A stretch of DNA of 64,000 nt from the NCBI GenBank assembly GCA_041665525.1, contig JBAYIS010000004.1, positions 46,996 to 110,995 on the forward strand, in the 5' to 3' direction. Shown piece by piece: positions 25,324-36,709 of the stretch (positions within the stretch are counted from its first letter, which is position 1; every line of letters begins with the position of its first letter). The translations under genes were made by a program, and so were the position numbers. The notes beneath the pieces were generated by a model. That model was given only the letters and a program-made list of their open reading frames with translations, was not told the DNA's origin and ran no database searches. This DNA is from Bacteroidota bacterium. Lineage in GTDB: Bacteria; Bacteroidota; Ignavibacteria; UBA10030; UBA8401.

Positions 25324-26601
25324 TTATTTTTGTTGTTCCAGAAGGACCATCATTTCCACCTCATCCGTTCCAGGGAACATGTCGAACGGCCGCGCCTTCA
25401 CCGGAACGTATCCGCACTGCTTCCATCGGCGCAATTCCTTTTCAATAATCGTGGAGTTACAAAAGATGTGCAGCACTTTGTGCGGCTGTTGTTCGGCAAG
25501 AAATTCGATCACATTTTCCGATGTCCCGTTCCGCGGAGGATCAAGCAGAAGCTTCAATTGACGTTCGCTGCCGGCAGTTGGAGCCGATGATCGGTAATTG
25601 AAGAAGCGGGGAAGATGGTCTGCCGATATATCTGCTGTATGGAACCGAACATTGTTCAACTTGTTCCGTTTTGCATTATCGATGGCATCGTTAATGGAAC
25701 TGCGGGAGAGTTCAATGCCGGTGACGCTTTGTACACCGGCAGCCAGGGAAAGGGAAAATAATCCGTACCCGCAATACAGATCATACAGAACATCATCCTT
25801 CGAAAGCGACAACAACTCTTTTGCAGAAGTGATAAACTTTTCAAGGATCGAATGATTGGTCTGCGTGAATGAAAGCGGTGAATAGAGAAATTTCACTCCG
25901 CATGCAGTGTGGAACAGTTTTTCATTTCCATAAATCTTCGTCAGCGGTTTGGGATTGGATTGTACGCCTTTCCGCGGTGTGCCGGAGAGATAATACTTCG
26001 ACCGCTCTTCGTCCGTAAATACGTAGACGCCCTGCACATTCTTCGCTTTAAACGTCAAGGACTTTGAGAGCGTATTCACTTCCCGCCGATTGGAGGAGGA
26101 GAAGTGATTCATGTTGAAAATAACAATCGCTTCACGGTCATCGCCTTTGACTATAACGTAGTTGAATTCCTTTACCAGCGTGGATTGTTCTTTCCGCTGC
26201 AGTATCTCCTGAATGACGGTATATATGCGGGCATGAGATTCCGGTTCGATTGCACACGCGCCGATATCCATAGGGAAACTCTTTGCCGAATCTTCATCCA
26301 CTCCGATCAGTCCCAAAAAGAACCGGTGTCCCACGATAAATGCTTTCCGTTTACTCACCGTTCTGTAATGGCGGCCCAATGGGGATTGGACGAGCGGCTC
26401 GCAAGGAACGGTAGGTTCAAGTTGGTGCCAGAAGTCCGAAATTGACTGCTGTTTGCTCTTTAATTCGGCAGTGTAATCAATTTTGGATGAAAAACAGAGC
26501 GAACAGCGCTGCTGGCGGGAGGTAAGACATTCCCCGCTCCCGAGATTCCGGGAAGGGATTTTCGCTGCGGCTGCAGAGAGTATATCGGAAAGTGATTTCA
26601 A
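25324..26601 (-). CDS. rlmD: 23S rRNA (uracil-C5)-methyltransferase, RlmD/RumA (TrmA) family
   Basis: N-terminal Cys cluster (CLTSRQQRCSLC). Class I SAM-methyltransferase motifs DLYCGYGLFSL and LLDPPRNG. C-terminal nucleophile region. Confidence 0.75.
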   Translation of the reverse strand: MKSLSDILSAAAAKIPSRNLGSGECLTSRQQRCSLCFSSKIDYTAELKSKQQSISDFWHQLEPTVPCEPLVQSPLGRHYRTVSKRKAFIVGHRFFLGLIGVDEDSAKSFPMDIGACAIEPESHARIYTVIQEILQRKEQSTLVKEFNYVIVKGDDREAIVIFNMNHFSSSNRREVNTLSKSLTFKAKNVQGVYVFTDEERSKYYLSGTPRKGVQSNPKPLTKIYGNEKLFHTACGVKFLYSPLSFTQTNHSILEKFITSAKELLSLSKDDVLYDLYCGYGLFSLSLAAGVQSVTGIELSRSSINDAIDNAKRNKLNNVRFHTADISADHLPRFFNYRSSAPTAGSERQLKLLLDPPRNGTSENVIEFLAEQQPHKVLHIFCNSTIIEKELRRWKQCGYVPVKARPFDMFPGTDEVEMMVLLEQQK

Positions 26602-26661
26602 TGAGCGTTCTTATGAGAAAGTATGGAAGATATTTGAAACTCTGTTTTTAACTTACGTCAA

Positions 26662-27024
26662 TTGTTCTTACATTTCAATGAGAATATGAAATTTTATCGA
26701 AAAATTAAGAAACAGATTAGACCTGAAAATCTTGCGGAAACGGTGAAGGAGAACAAGCGGGCGACCGTCATTGTTGCTGCTGCATTCCTGCTCTTCCTGT
26801 ATGTAATGTTCAACAATAACGGCATCGTTGCCCGCATTCGCTTGGAGATGCAGAAGACCGAAACGCTGGAAAAAATCCGCACCGCGGAAGAAGAACAGAA
26901 AAAGCTAAAGGATCAATCCAAAGCGCTGGATGGTGATTCGAAAGCGGTGGAAAAAGTCGCACGCGAAAAATACGGCATGGTGCGCCAGAACGAAAAAGTG
27001 TACAAAGTTGCGCCGAAAAAATGA
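26662..27024 (+). CDS. ftsB: Septum formation initiator (FtsB/DivIC family). The start may be the internal Met at 26686.
   Basis: Single TM (TVIVAAAFLLFLYVMF) followed by a coiled coil (LEMQKTETLEKIRTAEEEQKKLKDQSKAL) and EKVAREKYGMV, typical of FtsB/DivIC. Confidence 0.6.
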   Translation: MFLHFNENMKFYRKIKKQIRPENLAETVKENKRATVIVAAAFLLFLYVMFNNNGIVARIRLEMQKTETLEKIRTAEEEQKKLKDQSKALDGDSKAVEKVAREKYGMVRQNEKVYKVAPKK

Positions 27025-27127
27025 ATTTCAAGATTTTCAAGCCTCTTAAAATTAATCGGGAAGAAAGAATCTTGCAATCTCGAAAATCTTGTACTGTGGG
27101 TCATGATGTATTATATCAATTAATCAT

Positions 27128-28417
27128 TTGTCCTTGAACGAAAAAAATATTCCCCTTGCAGAACGTGTCCGCCCGAAGACGCTGGATCAGTTCGTCGGTC
27201 AATCGCATCTGCTCGGGCAGGGGAAACCGCTCCGGTTGATGGTGGAAAAAGATGAGCTGCGTTCTTTCATCCTGTGGGGCCCTCCGGGTGTCGGAAAAAC
27301 GACTCTGGCAAGGATAATTGCGCAACAGACGAAGTCTGAATTCTTTGCATTGAATGCCGTTTCGTCCGGCGTGAAGGATGTTCGCGAGGTGATCGCCCGT
27401 GCGGAGGAATTCCAACGGGCATTCAAACGGACCATTCTGTTTATCGATGAGATTCACCGATTCAACAAGGCACAGCAGGATGCTTTGTTGCATTGCGTGG
27501 AATCGGGAACCATCACTCTGATCGGTGCAACAACGGAGAATCCGTCGTTTGAAGTGATCTCACCGTTGTTGTCGCGCATGCGTGTCTTCGTCCTGGAACC
27601 GTTAGGGAAGGCGGAATTAGAAACAATCCTGAACCAGTCACTGGAACAGGACGAGTTGATCTCAATGAAGAATATTGCGATCGATGATACAGAATATTTC
27701 TTCCTCCTCTCCGGCGGCGATGCACGGAAACTGCTTAATGGATTGGAGATCGCTTTTCAGATCGCCCCTCAAGAGGCAGACGGCGTCCATCGGTTGACTA
27801 AAGAAATCCTGGAAGAAGCATTCCAGAGAAAATATTCCCTCTATGATAAAAAGGGAGAACAACATTACGACATCATTTCCGCATTCATTAAAAGCATGCG
27901 GGGAAGCGATCCCGATGCCGCCGTCTACTGGCTGGCGCGGATGCTGGAGGGGGGCGAGGACCCGAAATTCATCGCCAGGAGGATGATTATTCTCTCATCG
28001 GAGGACATCGGGAATGCGGATCCGGTGGCGCTGATGCTGGCAGTGGATGCATTCACTGCTGTGGATTATGTCGGCATGCCGGAGGCGCGGATTATCCTGT
28101 CGAATGTTGCTACATACCTTGCCGGTGCACCGAAAAGCAATGCTTCCTATGTTGCCATCGATGAAGCGATGAGTGATGTCCGGCGATTGCCGAATCTTCC
28201 GGTGCCTCTTCACTTGAGGAACGCGCCGACAAAACTCATGAAGGAACTGAACTACGGCAAAGAATATAAATATGCACATGACTATAACGGGAATTTTGTC
28301 GATCAACAGAATTTACCCGATCAACTAAAACATAAACGCTACTACACTCCGACAGAGAACGGCAGGGAAAAGCAGATCAAAGAACGGCTGGACGCTCTGT
28401 GGAAAAGAAAGAAGTGA
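27128..28417 (+). CDS. rarA: Replication-associated recombination protein A (AAA+ ATPase)
   Basis: RPKTLDQFVGQSHLLG...GPPGVGKTTLARII Walker A. MgsA/RarA-type C-terminus. TTG start as listed. Confidence 0.9.
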   Translation: MSLNEKNIPLAERVRPKTLDQFVGQSHLLGQGKPLRLMVEKDELRSFILWGPPGVGKTTLARIIAQQTKSEFFALNAVSSGVKDVREVIARAEEFQRAFKRTILFIDEIHRFNKAQQDALLHCVESGTITLIGATTENPSFEVISPLLSRMRVFVLEPLGKAELETILNQSLEQDELISMKNIAIDDTEYFFLLSGGDARKLLNGLEIAFQIAPQEADGVHRLTKEILEEAFQRKYSLYDKKGEQHYDIISAFIKSMRGSDPDAAVYWLARMLEGGEDPKFIARRMIILSSEDIGNADPVALMLAVDAFTAVDYVGMPEARIILSNVATYLAGAPKSNASYVAIDEAMSDVRRLPNLPVPLHLRNAPTKLMKELNYGKEYKYAHDYNGNFVDQQNLPDQLKHKRYYTPTENGREKQIKERLDALWKRKK

Positions 28418-28421
28418 TGGT

Positions 28422-29183
28422 ATGGATGCACAAGCGATGATAGAAAAACTGAAAGAGCACTGCACCATTGTAGTGTTCGGCGATTCCATTTCCCGCGGCG
28501 TTGTCTACGACGAGGAAAAACACCGGCACTCGCTGATTTTGGAAAGTTTCACGAACCTGGTAAAGGAACATTTGCGCGGTGCCGTTTTCAATGCGGCAAA
28601 ATTCGGCAACACCATCGTAGAAGGACTGCAACGGCTGCAGAACGACGTTTTGCAAAAGAAACCGGATATTGTCCTGATTGAATTCGGAGGGAATGATTGT
28701 GATTTCCAATGGGATGCCATAGCGGAGAATCCTGCGGGGGAATTTCATCCGAAGACCGAGTGCAAGACCTTTTATCAACACTTACGCGAATTGGTGGGAC
28801 AGTTGAATTCCATGGATATCATTCCGGTGCTTGTCTCGCTCCCGCCGCTGGATGCGGAAAAATATTTCCAGTGGATCAGCAAGAACAGCGATCAGGCACA
28901 GAAGAATATCCTGAAATACATCGGAAACATCTCCCGGATCTATTCCTGGCATGAACAATACAACGCCGCCATTCTTCGCGTTGCTGAAGAGACCAAGACC
29001 CGGTTGATTGATATCCGTTCTTCGTTTCTTCAGACGGAAGACTATACGAAATTGATCTGCCTCGACGGGATCCATCCCAATAAAGAGGGACACAAAGTGA
29101 TCGCGGATAAGATTCTCAATTATATTCAGACGAACTACATGTTCTTACTCAATACACAAACGCAGAACTCTGCATTACGTTAG
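28422..29183 (+). CDS. SGNH/GDSL-family hydrolase
   Basis: IVVFGDSISRG block I. GGND block III. DGIHPN block V. Confidence 0.7.
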   Translation: MDAQAMIEKLKEHCTIVVFGDSISRGVVYDEEKHRHSLILESFTNLVKEHLRGAVFNAAKFGNTIVEGLQRLQNDVLQKKPDIVLIEFGGNDCDFQWDAIAENPAGEFHPKTECKTFYQHLRELVGQLNSMDIIPVLVSLPPLDAEKYFQWISKNSDQAQKNILKYIGNISRIYSWHEQYNAAILRVAEETKTRLIDIRSSFLQTEDYTKLICLDGIHPNKEGHKVIADKILNYIQTNYMFLLNTQTQNSALR

Positions 29184-29195
29184 GATAGATGAACT

Positions 29196-30146
29196 ATGGC
29201 ACAACAACTCGCAATCGGTGTCGACCTTGGCGGCACAACAGTAAAAACCGGACTGATTAACAGTGACGGAACAATTCTCGCTCAATCGAAACTCCCCGCG
29301 CTTGCCGAAGTAAATCCGCAAGCGGTTATCGGACAAATAGTAAAATCCATTCAAGAGGTTCTTCCGCACGCAAAAGGCGCTCCGGTTGCTGGTATCGGCA
29401 TCGGTGCTCCCGGACTTATCCAAAATCCGGGCGGCATCGTAAAAAGTCCCCCGAATTTGAATCAATGGGATGTTGTCCCGCTGGCGGACGAAATTTCGAA
29501 GGTATTCAAAATGCGCGTTGAAGTGGATAATGATGCCAATGTTGCAGCAGTTGCGGAATCGAAATTCGGAGCAGGGAAAGATCATCCAAATTTTCTCTTC
29601 ATTATTTGGGGCACGGGAGTCGGCGGCGGTATAATCATGAATAATCATATTTATCGCGGCGTCTCCGGCGGTGCGGGAGAAGTGGGACATATCTCCATCA
29701 ATTATGACGGACTGCAGTGCAACTGCGGTACGAAAGGGTGTGTTGAAGCATATGTCGGACAGAAGTACCTTTCCAAACGGACGATTGAAAAACTGAAATC
29801 CAATCCTTCTTCAAAGATCCTGGAACTCGTCGGCGGTGATGTGGAAAAGATTTCCCCAATGTACATCTCCAAAGCGGCGGAAGCCGGAGATGCATTGGCC
29901 AACGAGATCCTCGTTGAAGCAGGCACTCTACTCGGCGTGATGATTGGCGGCGTGATGAACACACTCGATTTCCGAGTGACAGTAATCGGCGGCGGTGTTT
30001 CCGCTGTTGGTGATTTTGTCTATCAGGCCATCCATCAATCGGTGTTACGGAATGTACAAAAACCGCTGCGGGACGGGATCAAGATTGTCCGCGCACAGCT
30101 CGGCAACGATGCCGGCATCTTCGGTGCCGCTGGGATGGTCCTTTAA
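29196..30146 (+). CDS. ROK-family sugar kinase (glucokinase-like)
   Basis: IGVDLGGTTVKTGL N-terminus. Cys-rich CNCGTKGC zinc motif typical of ROK kinases. Confidence 0.8.
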   Translation: MAQQLAIGVDLGGTTVKTGLINSDGTILAQSKLPALAEVNPQAVIGQIVKSIQEVLPHAKGAPVAGIGIGAPGLIQNPGGIVKSPPNLNQWDVVPLADEISKVFKMRVEVDNDANVAAVAESKFGAGKDHPNFLFIIWGTGVGGGIIMNNHIYRGVSGGAGEVGHISINYDGLQCNCGTKGCVEAYVGQKYLSKRTIEKLKSNPSSKILELVGGDVEKISPMYISKAAEAGDALANEILVEAGTLLGVMIGGVMNTLDFRVTVIGGGVSAVGDFVYQAIHQSVLRNVQKPLRDGIKIVRAQLGNDAGIFGAAGMVL

Positions 30147-30221
30147 CATACGGTGACACACGACGGATATACGCGCTTGCTGGATTTTTTAATGAGAACA
30201 TGGATCGATACTGAATATCGG

Positions 30222-32789
30222 ATGTACTCCGTCCGTACTGTTGCCTTTCTAATCGTGCTGCAGATCGCACTCTGCTCTGCAGCATTTTCTCAAACAAGTG
30301 ATTCCCTCTCCGTCCTTTCCGACTCGACAAAAACTTCGTCAGACTCACTTCAACAACCTTCCGGCGGCATCGATTCGGTTGTTGTCTACTCCGCGAATGA
30401 TTCCATCGTCTTTACCTTTGCTGATAAACATATGATGATTTTTGGAAAGGGGGACGTCCGCTTTAAGGACGTCAGCCTGAAATCCGAACGCATCGAGGTG
30501 AATTGGAATACCAACGAACTGGAATCGTACGGTGTGCTGGATACGGTGAAAGCACAACAAACCGATTCGCTGAAGGAACGCTATTCCGGAACCCCTGTAA
30601 TGATCGAAGGGGCGGATAAGTACGAAGGATGGAAGATATCGTATAATTTCAAATCACAGCGCGGAAGGGTAACGCTGGGAGAAACTGCGGAAGATCAGGG
30701 ATATTACCAGGGTCAGCATATTAAGAAAGTCGGCAAGGATATGCTCTTTATCTCGGATGGATATTATTCTACGTGCGAATACGGCCATCCCCACTTTTAT
30801 TTTTTCAGTCCTGAAATGCGCGTTACGGTGCGTGATAAAATCGTTGCACGTCCTATCTATCTCTATATCGCTGATGTTCCGGTCTTTGCACTGCCGTTCG
30901 GTGTCTTCCCCAGCCAGGGGGGCCGCCGCTCCGGCATTATTGCCCCTGCATTCGTGGATAAAGGTTCGCGCGGGACCGGATTGGAACACTTCGGATATTA
31001 TTTTGCACTAAGCGACTATATGGATGCTGCCGTGGTCGGCGACTGGTTGACCAGTGGAACGTGGCGCGTCAGTCCGAACTTCCGGTACACAAAACGGTAC
31101 GATTTTACCGGATCGCTCTCCGGTTATTATCAGCGTGCAATCGAGAATGAATCGAGGGATCCCGATTATCTGGACCGCGCAGATTATTACGCAAATCTTG
31201 TTCACAATCAATCGTTCAATCCTACCACACACATGAGCGTGAATTTTTCCTTTGCCAGTTCCGAGAGTTTTAAACGGGCATTGACACGGCAGGAATACCT
31301 CAATCAAGAAATCATTTCCAACGCAACCCTCAGCAAGAATTGGGAGGGGACAAACAACAGCATGAGCATGAATATCAACCGCCGTCAGAACCTTGTCAAC
31401 GGCTCCATAACAAATACACTTCCATCTGTTTCATTCAGCCATTCGCAAAGTTATCCGTTCAGATTCGGCAGTTCGAAAAATGCAGCCCGGTCGGACTATG
31501 CGTGGTACGAAATGATCGGTATGAGCTATGGAGGAAATTATCAGCGTGTGGATAATAAAACGCGCTCGGTCGATACGCTGCCATTTAATACCTATAATCG
31601 GCAGGGAATCAATCATTCACTCTCCTTTAATGCTGCGCCGAAAGCGGGATATTTCACGATTTCACCATACTTTAATTATAATGAAAAATGGTATGATAAA
31701 AGTCTTGCCATCGTAGGGAAGGATGCTTCCGGGAATCCTGTGACTGCAGATAAAAATGGTTTTGAAGCTGTGCGCACCTTTAGCATGGGTGTCGGCGCCT
31801 CAACAAAGTTGTACGGAATTTTGCAGCCGCCAATTCCCGGTGTTGCAGGATTCCGTCATACAGTGCTGCCTTCGGTGAGCTATAATTATCAGCCGGATTT
31901 CTCAGAAAAAACATACGGCTATTATACACGGTATCTCGATGCTGCAGGAAGAGAACAAAAGTTCAACAGGTTTCAGAAGGAAATTTATGGCGGTGCTTCG
32001 GCACAGGAGCAGCAGGCGATCAGTCTTTCTGTTGGGAATATCTTTGAAATGAAGACCTCAGCCAAGGACACATCGGAAAAAGAAAAAAAGTTTCAATTGA
32101 TGAACGTCAGCTTGGGGACAAGCTACAATTTTGCTGCGGACAGCTTCAATCTGGCGGATCTTTCCGTCAGCTATCGGACCGATATCGGACAATACTTGGG
32201 GATTAGCGGCAGCAGCACCTATCGCTTTTATGATTACAATCGGTCTGCCAACAGGCGTGTGAATAAATATTTAATCGAAGAGGGGAAAGGGATCGTTGAA
32301 TTGACGAATTTTTCGGTCAGTCTTTCTACATCGGTGCGCGGTGAAAAGAAGCAGGCGCAAACACAGCAGCAGGTCAACGACAGCACCCGTGTGGCGGATA
32401 ACGAGCGGAACTTGAATGCAAGCGGTTACAAGGGTATCTATGATAATGCAGAGCCGGACTTCAGCATCCCATGGAGTCTCTCTCTTAATTTTAATTTCTC
32501 CCAAAATCAGGAAAATCCGAACCATAAATTCCGGTCAGCGAACATCAGTGGTAACCTGGATTTTAATTTGACGGAGAACTGGAAATTCACAGCCACATCC
32601 AGCTACGATCTTGTCACAAAACAATTCGCCGCTCCTCAGATTAACATCTCCCGCGATTTGCACTGCTGGCTGATGAACTTCTCCTGGAGCCCACTCGGTC
32701 CTTATTCCGGCTACCGCTTCGAGATCCGCGTAAAAGCTCCGCAGTTGCAGGATATCAAAGTGACGAAACAGAATAATGATCGGTTGTAA
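30222..32789 (+). CDS. Large outer-membrane beta-barrel protein, LptD-like (putative LPS-assembly protein)
   Basis: Signal peptide MYSVRTVAFLIVLQIALCSAAFSQ. An ~855-aa aromatic-rich beta-strand protein. The size and composition match Bacteroidota-type LptD. Identity not certain. Confidence 0.5.
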   Translation: MYSVRTVAFLIVLQIALCSAAFSQTSDSLSVLSDSTKTSSDSLQQPSGGIDSVVVYSANDSIVFTFADKHMMIFGKGDVRFKDVSLKSERIEVNWNTNELESYGVLDTVKAQQTDSLKERYSGTPVMIEGADKYEGWKISYNFKSQRGRVTLGETAEDQGYYQGQHIKKVGKDMLFISDGYYSTCEYGHPHFYFFSPEMRVTVRDKIVARPIYLYIADVPVFALPFGVFPSQGGRRSGIIAPAFVDKGSRGTGLEHFGYYFALSDYMDAAVVGDWLTSGTWRVSPNFRYTKRYDFTGSLSGYYQRAIENESRDPDYLDRADYYANLVHNQSFNPTTHMSVNFSFASSESFKRALTRQEYLNQEIISNATLSKNWEGTNNSMSMNINRRQNLVNGSITNTLPSVSFSHSQSYPFRFGSSKNAARSDYAWYEMIGMSYGGNYQRVDNKTRSVDTLPFNTYNRQGINHSLSFNAAPKAGYFTISPYFNYNEKWYDKSLAIVGKDASGNPVTADKNGFEAVRTFSMGVGASTKLYGILQPPIPGVAGFRHTVLPSVSYNYQPDFSEKTYGYYTRYLDAAGREQKFNRFQKEIYGGASAQEQQAISLSVGNIFEMKTSAKDTSEKEKKFQLMNVSLGTSYNFAADSFNLADLSVSYRTDIGQYLGISGSSTYRFYDYNRSANRRVNKYLIEEGKGIVELTNFSVSLSTSVRGEKKQAQTQQQVNDSTRVADNERNLNASGYKGIYDNAEPDFSIPWSLSLNFNFSQNQENPNHKFRSANISGNLDFNLTENWKFTATSSYDLVTKQFAAPQINISRDLHCWLMNFSWSPLGPYSGYRFEIRVKAPQLQDIKVTKQNNDRL

Positions 32790-32798
32790 TTTGATGAA

Positions 32799-34913
32799 GT
32801 GGAATTTGGAATAATAATGAACCGCCTCTCCCTCGAAAAATCTCCCTATTTGCTTCAGCATGCTTCCAATCCTGTCGACTGGTACCCGTGGGGAGAGGAA
32901 GCTTTCCTGAAAGCGAAGCAAGAGAATAAACCGATCTTCCTTTCGATTGGATACTCCACCTGCCATTGGTGCCACGTGATGGAACGGGAATCGTTCGAGA
33001 ATGAAGCGATCGCTTCTGTGATGAACAAGTACTTCATCAACATCAAAGTGGATCGGGAAGAACGTCCGGATGTCGATAAAGTATACATGTCCGCAGTGCA
33101 GACAATGATGGGACAGGGCGGCTGGCCACTCACTGTTTTTCTGACACCGGACCTAAAGCCGTTCTACGGCGGTACATATTTTCCGCCAAAAGATGCACAC
33201 GGACGACCGGGTCTGCCAACATTGTTGGAAAGGATACACGACGTGTGGCAGAACGAACGGGAGGATGTCATACATTCCGGCGAAGAGCTCACAAAACAGT
33301 TGCAGCATCGGCATTATATAGAGAGCAAGAATACTGAGATTGATGAGACCATTCTGAAACGGACCTATCATCAATTGGCTGCAGGATATGACCCAAAATA
33401 TTCCGGATTCGGAAGCGGGACGAAATTTCCCAGGCCGGTCGTATTGAATTTCCTGTTCCGATACTATTATAGGACGAAGGATGCAGAAGCGCTGAAAATG
33501 TCGCTGACAACGTTGATGGCGATGGCGAGCGGAGGCATGGTCGATCATTTGGCCGGTGGTTTTCATCGATACTCCGTTGATCCGCAGTGGAGAATACCTC
33601 ATTTTGAAAAAATGTTGTATGACCAGGCGCAGCTTGTCCAATCATATCTTGATGCCTATCAAATAACTCACGACGGATTCTATGCAGCGATAGCGCGTGA
33701 AACACTGGACTATGTTCTGCGAGATTTAACCGCTCCCGAAGGTGGATTCTATTCAGCAGAAGATGCTGACAGTATCGATCCAATGAATGTCGAGAACCGA
33801 GTGGAAGGAGCATTCTATGTCTGGAAGAAATCCGAGGTTGATGGAGTTCTTTCCGTCGAAGAGTCCGCCGTTTTCTGTCACCATTTTTCAGTCGAGGTTC
33901 AAGGAAATGCCCTCAGCGATCCGCATCAGGAATTCGTACAAAAAAACATTCTGTTCAATCCATTCACCATCGAACAAACAGCAGTACATCTTTCGATGAA
34001 TCCTTCACATGCAGAACAATTGTTGGCATCCGCAAAAAAGAAACTGCTCGACGTTAGGAACACTCGTCCCCGGCCGTTGAGGGATGACAAAGTGCTCACC
34101 TCCTGGAACGGATTGATGATCGGAGCTTGTGCCAGAGCATCGGCGATCTTACAGGATGAGCATTATCTTCAGACCGCCATTAAGGCTGCCGAATTCCTCT
34201 ATACGACGATGTATAGTGCGGAGAAGAAAACATTGTTTCGCCGGTACAGGGAACAAGAAGTGAAATTTGAAGCTCATCTGGACGATTATTCTTTTGTTGC
34301 ATCCGGATTGTTGGAACTATTCAAAGCAACCGGCGATATGCGGTGGCTGCTTTGGGCTGACGAACTGGTCGGCACAATGATAACACTGTTTTGGGATTCG
34401 GCGGAAGGAGGATTCTACGATACCTCCGGTAAGGATCCATCTATCCTTGTTCGAATGAAGGAAGCATATGACGGTGCGGAGCCGACCGGGAACTCAATCG
34501 CGGTTATGGTTCTGCTTCAACTATATCATTATACAAATAATGAATCCCTGAAGGGTTATGCGATAAAGACGCTGAAATATTTTTGTACGTTGCTAGGGCA
34601 ATCTCCGCAGATTATGCCCCAACTGATGGCGGCGGTCGAATACTTCATATCCCCTCCGGAACATCTTGTGATTGCCGTCGAGAATATCAGTGATGCAAAA
34701 CAAATGATCCGTGCCGCGTCGGATGTCTTTACCCCGAACTTGAATATTGTAGTATTGAACGATCAGGCAAAGAAGTATTTTTCTTCCCGTTTACCGTTCA
34801 TGACTGATATGAAACCGGTGAACGCTCGTGCGACTTCGTACCTGTGCAGGCACTATGCATGTCAGTTGCCCGTCGTTGAAGCGGAAGAATTACATCGGCA
34901 ATTAATTCACTAA
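32799..34913 (+). CDS. Thioredoxin-domain protein of the DUF255/YyaL family (thioredoxin fold + (alpha/alpha)6 domain). The start may be the Met at 32817.
   Basis: [22 protein letters not shown]...[13 protein letters not shown] is the canonical N-terminus of this family. Confidence 0.8.
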   Translation: MEFGIIMNRLSLEKSPYLLQHASNPVDWYPWGEEAFLKAKQENKPIFLSIGYSTCHWCHVMERESFENEAIASVMNKYFINIKVDREERPDVDKVYMSAVQTMMGQGGWPLTVFLTPDLKPFYGGTYFPPKDAHGRPGLPTLLERIHDVWQNEREDVIHSGEELTKQLQHRHYIESKNTEIDETILKRTYHQLAAGYDPKYSGFGSGTKFPRPVVLNFLFRYYYRTKDAEALKMSLTTLMAMASGGMVDHLAGGFHRYSVDPQWRIPHFEKMLYDQAQLVQSYLDAYQITHDGFYAAIARETLDYVLRDLTAPEGGFYSAEDADSIDPMNVENRVEGAFYVWKKSEVDGVLSVEESAVFCHHFSVEVQGNALSDPHQEFVQKNILFNPFTIEQTAVHLSMNPSHAEQLLASAKKKLLDVRNTRPRPLRDDKVLTSWNGLMIGACARASAILQDEHYLQTAIKAAEFLYTTMYSAEKKTLFRRYREQEVKFEAHLDDYSFVASGLLELFKATGDMRWLLWADELVGTMITLFWDSAEGGFYDTSGKDPSILVRMKEAYDGAEPTGNSIAVMVLLQLYHYTNNESLKGYAIKTLKYFCTLLGQSPQIMPQLMAAVEYFISPPEHLVIAVENISDAKQMIRAASDVFTPNLNIVVLNDQAKKYFSSRLPFMTDMKPVNARATSYLCRHYACQLPVVEAEELHRQLIH

Positions 34914-35103
34914 TGGACACACTGCTGTCCTGTGTTTGGTCTGTGTGAGAATTTGTCCTACAGGGTCGTAGGAATGAAGAAATGCATTGAAAAACACAAA
35001 ATTTCTTATTGCAAGTTGAGTTCTCTCTCTTTATCTTGATAATATATCATAGTTGACTGCGGTCATAGCGCCGTAATTTCACATACTGATAAGGGCTAGT
35101 ACG

Positions 35104-35451
35104 ATGAAAATAAAATCTTCAACGCTGGATGACGGCAATGTCGTTGTTCTTGAACCGAAAGGTTCGTTGGTCGGCGGGGATGAGACAGACGAATTGAAAA
35201 AAACTGTCGCAGCGTTATTGGAACGGGGGAATCGGAAATTGATCGTTGATCTTGGCGATGTGGAATACCTCAATTCATCCGCAATCGGGGCACTTGTTTC
35301 TGCACATACCTCCTATCTAAATCGGCAGGGGAAACTGATTCTCTGCAATGTCAACAAAAGTATCACCAATGTTTTCGTCGTTACAAAACTGGCGACGATT
35401 TTCACTACCGCGGAAAAGCGCGAAGATGCGATTTACGCGATTGCTAAGTAA
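35104..35451 (+). CDS. STAS-domain protein (anti-sigma-factor antagonist, SpoIIAA-like)
   Basis: A 115-aa protein. LIVDLGDVEYLNSSAIGALV is the STAS motif. Confidence 0.7.
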   Translation: MKIKSSTLDDGNVVVLEPKGSLVGGDETDELKKTVAALLERGNRKLIVDLGDVEYLNSSAIGALVSAHTSYLNRQGKLILCNVNKSITNVFVVTKLATIFTTAEKREDAIYAIAK

Positions 35452-35494
35452 ATAACGTTTAACTACTATTTTTTACATTACAAGGAGTCGATTT

Positions 35495-36217
35495 ATGAAA
35501 CAAGGTTCACTCAACTTCGTCATTATTTTCGGTGCGTTCGTGCTGGGATTTTTGATCTATGAATACATGTTGCCGCAGTTCGTTAAAGACGGCGGTTATC
35601 TTGTTATCGGTCTAGTCGCATTGTCTATTATGGTCATCACGTATGTTATTGAGCGGCTTCTTTCGCTGAAAAAAGCAGGCGGCCGCGGTCCGTTGCCGAA
35701 ATACCTGAAAACCCTCGTCACCAACCTTAATACCAATGATATCGCAGCAGCGATCTCGGCATGTGATGCACAGCGAGGCTCCCTTGCCAATATCGTGAAA
35801 ACCGGTTTAGAACGTCATCAGGAACTGATGCCCAAAAAGGATATGAATAAAAAAGAGAAGATGGAGGAAGTGAAGCGCGTAATTGAAGAAGCAACAATGC
35901 TGGAAATGCCGATTTTGGAACGGAACCTGATTTCTCTTTCAACAATTGCTTCTATTTCAACCATGTGGGGTTTGCTCGGAACGGTGCTTGGTATGATCCG
36001 TTCTTTCGCTGCGTTGGCAAAAGCCGGAGCGACAGACGCCGCCGCGCTGTCTCTTGGTATTTCTGAGGCACTGATTAATACAGCCGGTGGTATTGCTATT
36101 GCCATCATGGCAATCGTTGCATACAACTACTTCACCACCAAGATCGACGGTATGACGTATATGATTGATGAAGCGAGCAAAGACATCCTGATGAACCTGC
36201 AGTCCAAACACGAATAA
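35495..36217 (+). CDS. exbB: MotA/TolQ/ExbB proton-channel protein
   Basis: A 240-aa protein with three TM segments. The C-terminal TM helices have a conserved ExbB-like pattern ([13 protein letters not shown]). Confidence 0.8.
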   Translation: MKQGSLNFVIIFGAFVLGFLIYEYMLPQFVKDGGYLVIGLVALSIMVITYVIERLLSLKKAGGRGPLPKYLKTLVTNLNTNDIAAAISACDAQRGSLANIVKTGLERHQELMPKKDMNKKEKMEEVKRVIEEATMLEMPILERNLISLSTIASISTMWGLLGTVLGMIRSFAALAKAGATDAAALSLGISEALINTAGGIAIAIMAIVAYNYFTTKIDGMTYMIDEASKDILMNLQSKHE

Positions 36218-36234
36218 TTTAAAGCGGAGCCGCT

Positions 36235-36690
36235 ATGTCAAAATCGAAACGAGTCGGGTTCAAATTAGATATGACCCCGATGGTGGATGTCGGCTTTCTA
36301 TTGTTGACGTTCTTTATGTTATCGACAACATTCAAACCGCAGGATGTTGCCGAAGTATCGATCCCCGTATCTCATTCCGCCTTCAAACTGCCGGACATCG
36401 ATGTGATGACGGTAACGGTGGACAAGGAAGGGAATGTGTTTCTCGGCGTCGATAACCAAAATCTTCGCGGAGCATTGTTTGGTCCTCAATATGTATTGAA
36501 AGCGGGAGTTGAAGTCACATTGCAGGAACTTCCTGAACTGCTTCGCAATGCGCGTATCCGGAACCCGAAACTTCGAACCGTGATTAAAGCGGATCGGGAG
36601 TCAGAGTATAAAGTGATCCAAAGTGTTATGGAAACTCTCCAGAAAGAAAATATCACACGGTTCAATCTGGTAACGGATCTGGAAAAATAA
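36235..36690 (+). CDS. exbD: ExbD/TolR biopolymer transport protein
   Basis: DMTPMVDVGFLLLTFFML N-terminal TM motif. Confidence 0.85.
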   Translation: MSKSKRVGFKLDMTPMVDVGFLLLTFFMLSTTFKPQDVAEVSIPVSHSAFKLPDIDVMTVTVDKEGNVFLGVDNQNLRGALFGPQYVLKAGVEVTLQELPELLRNARIRNPKLRTVIKADRESEYKVIQSVMETLQKENITRFNLVTDLEK

Positions 36691-36709
36691 TTTTTAGGAG
36701 TAACGACCT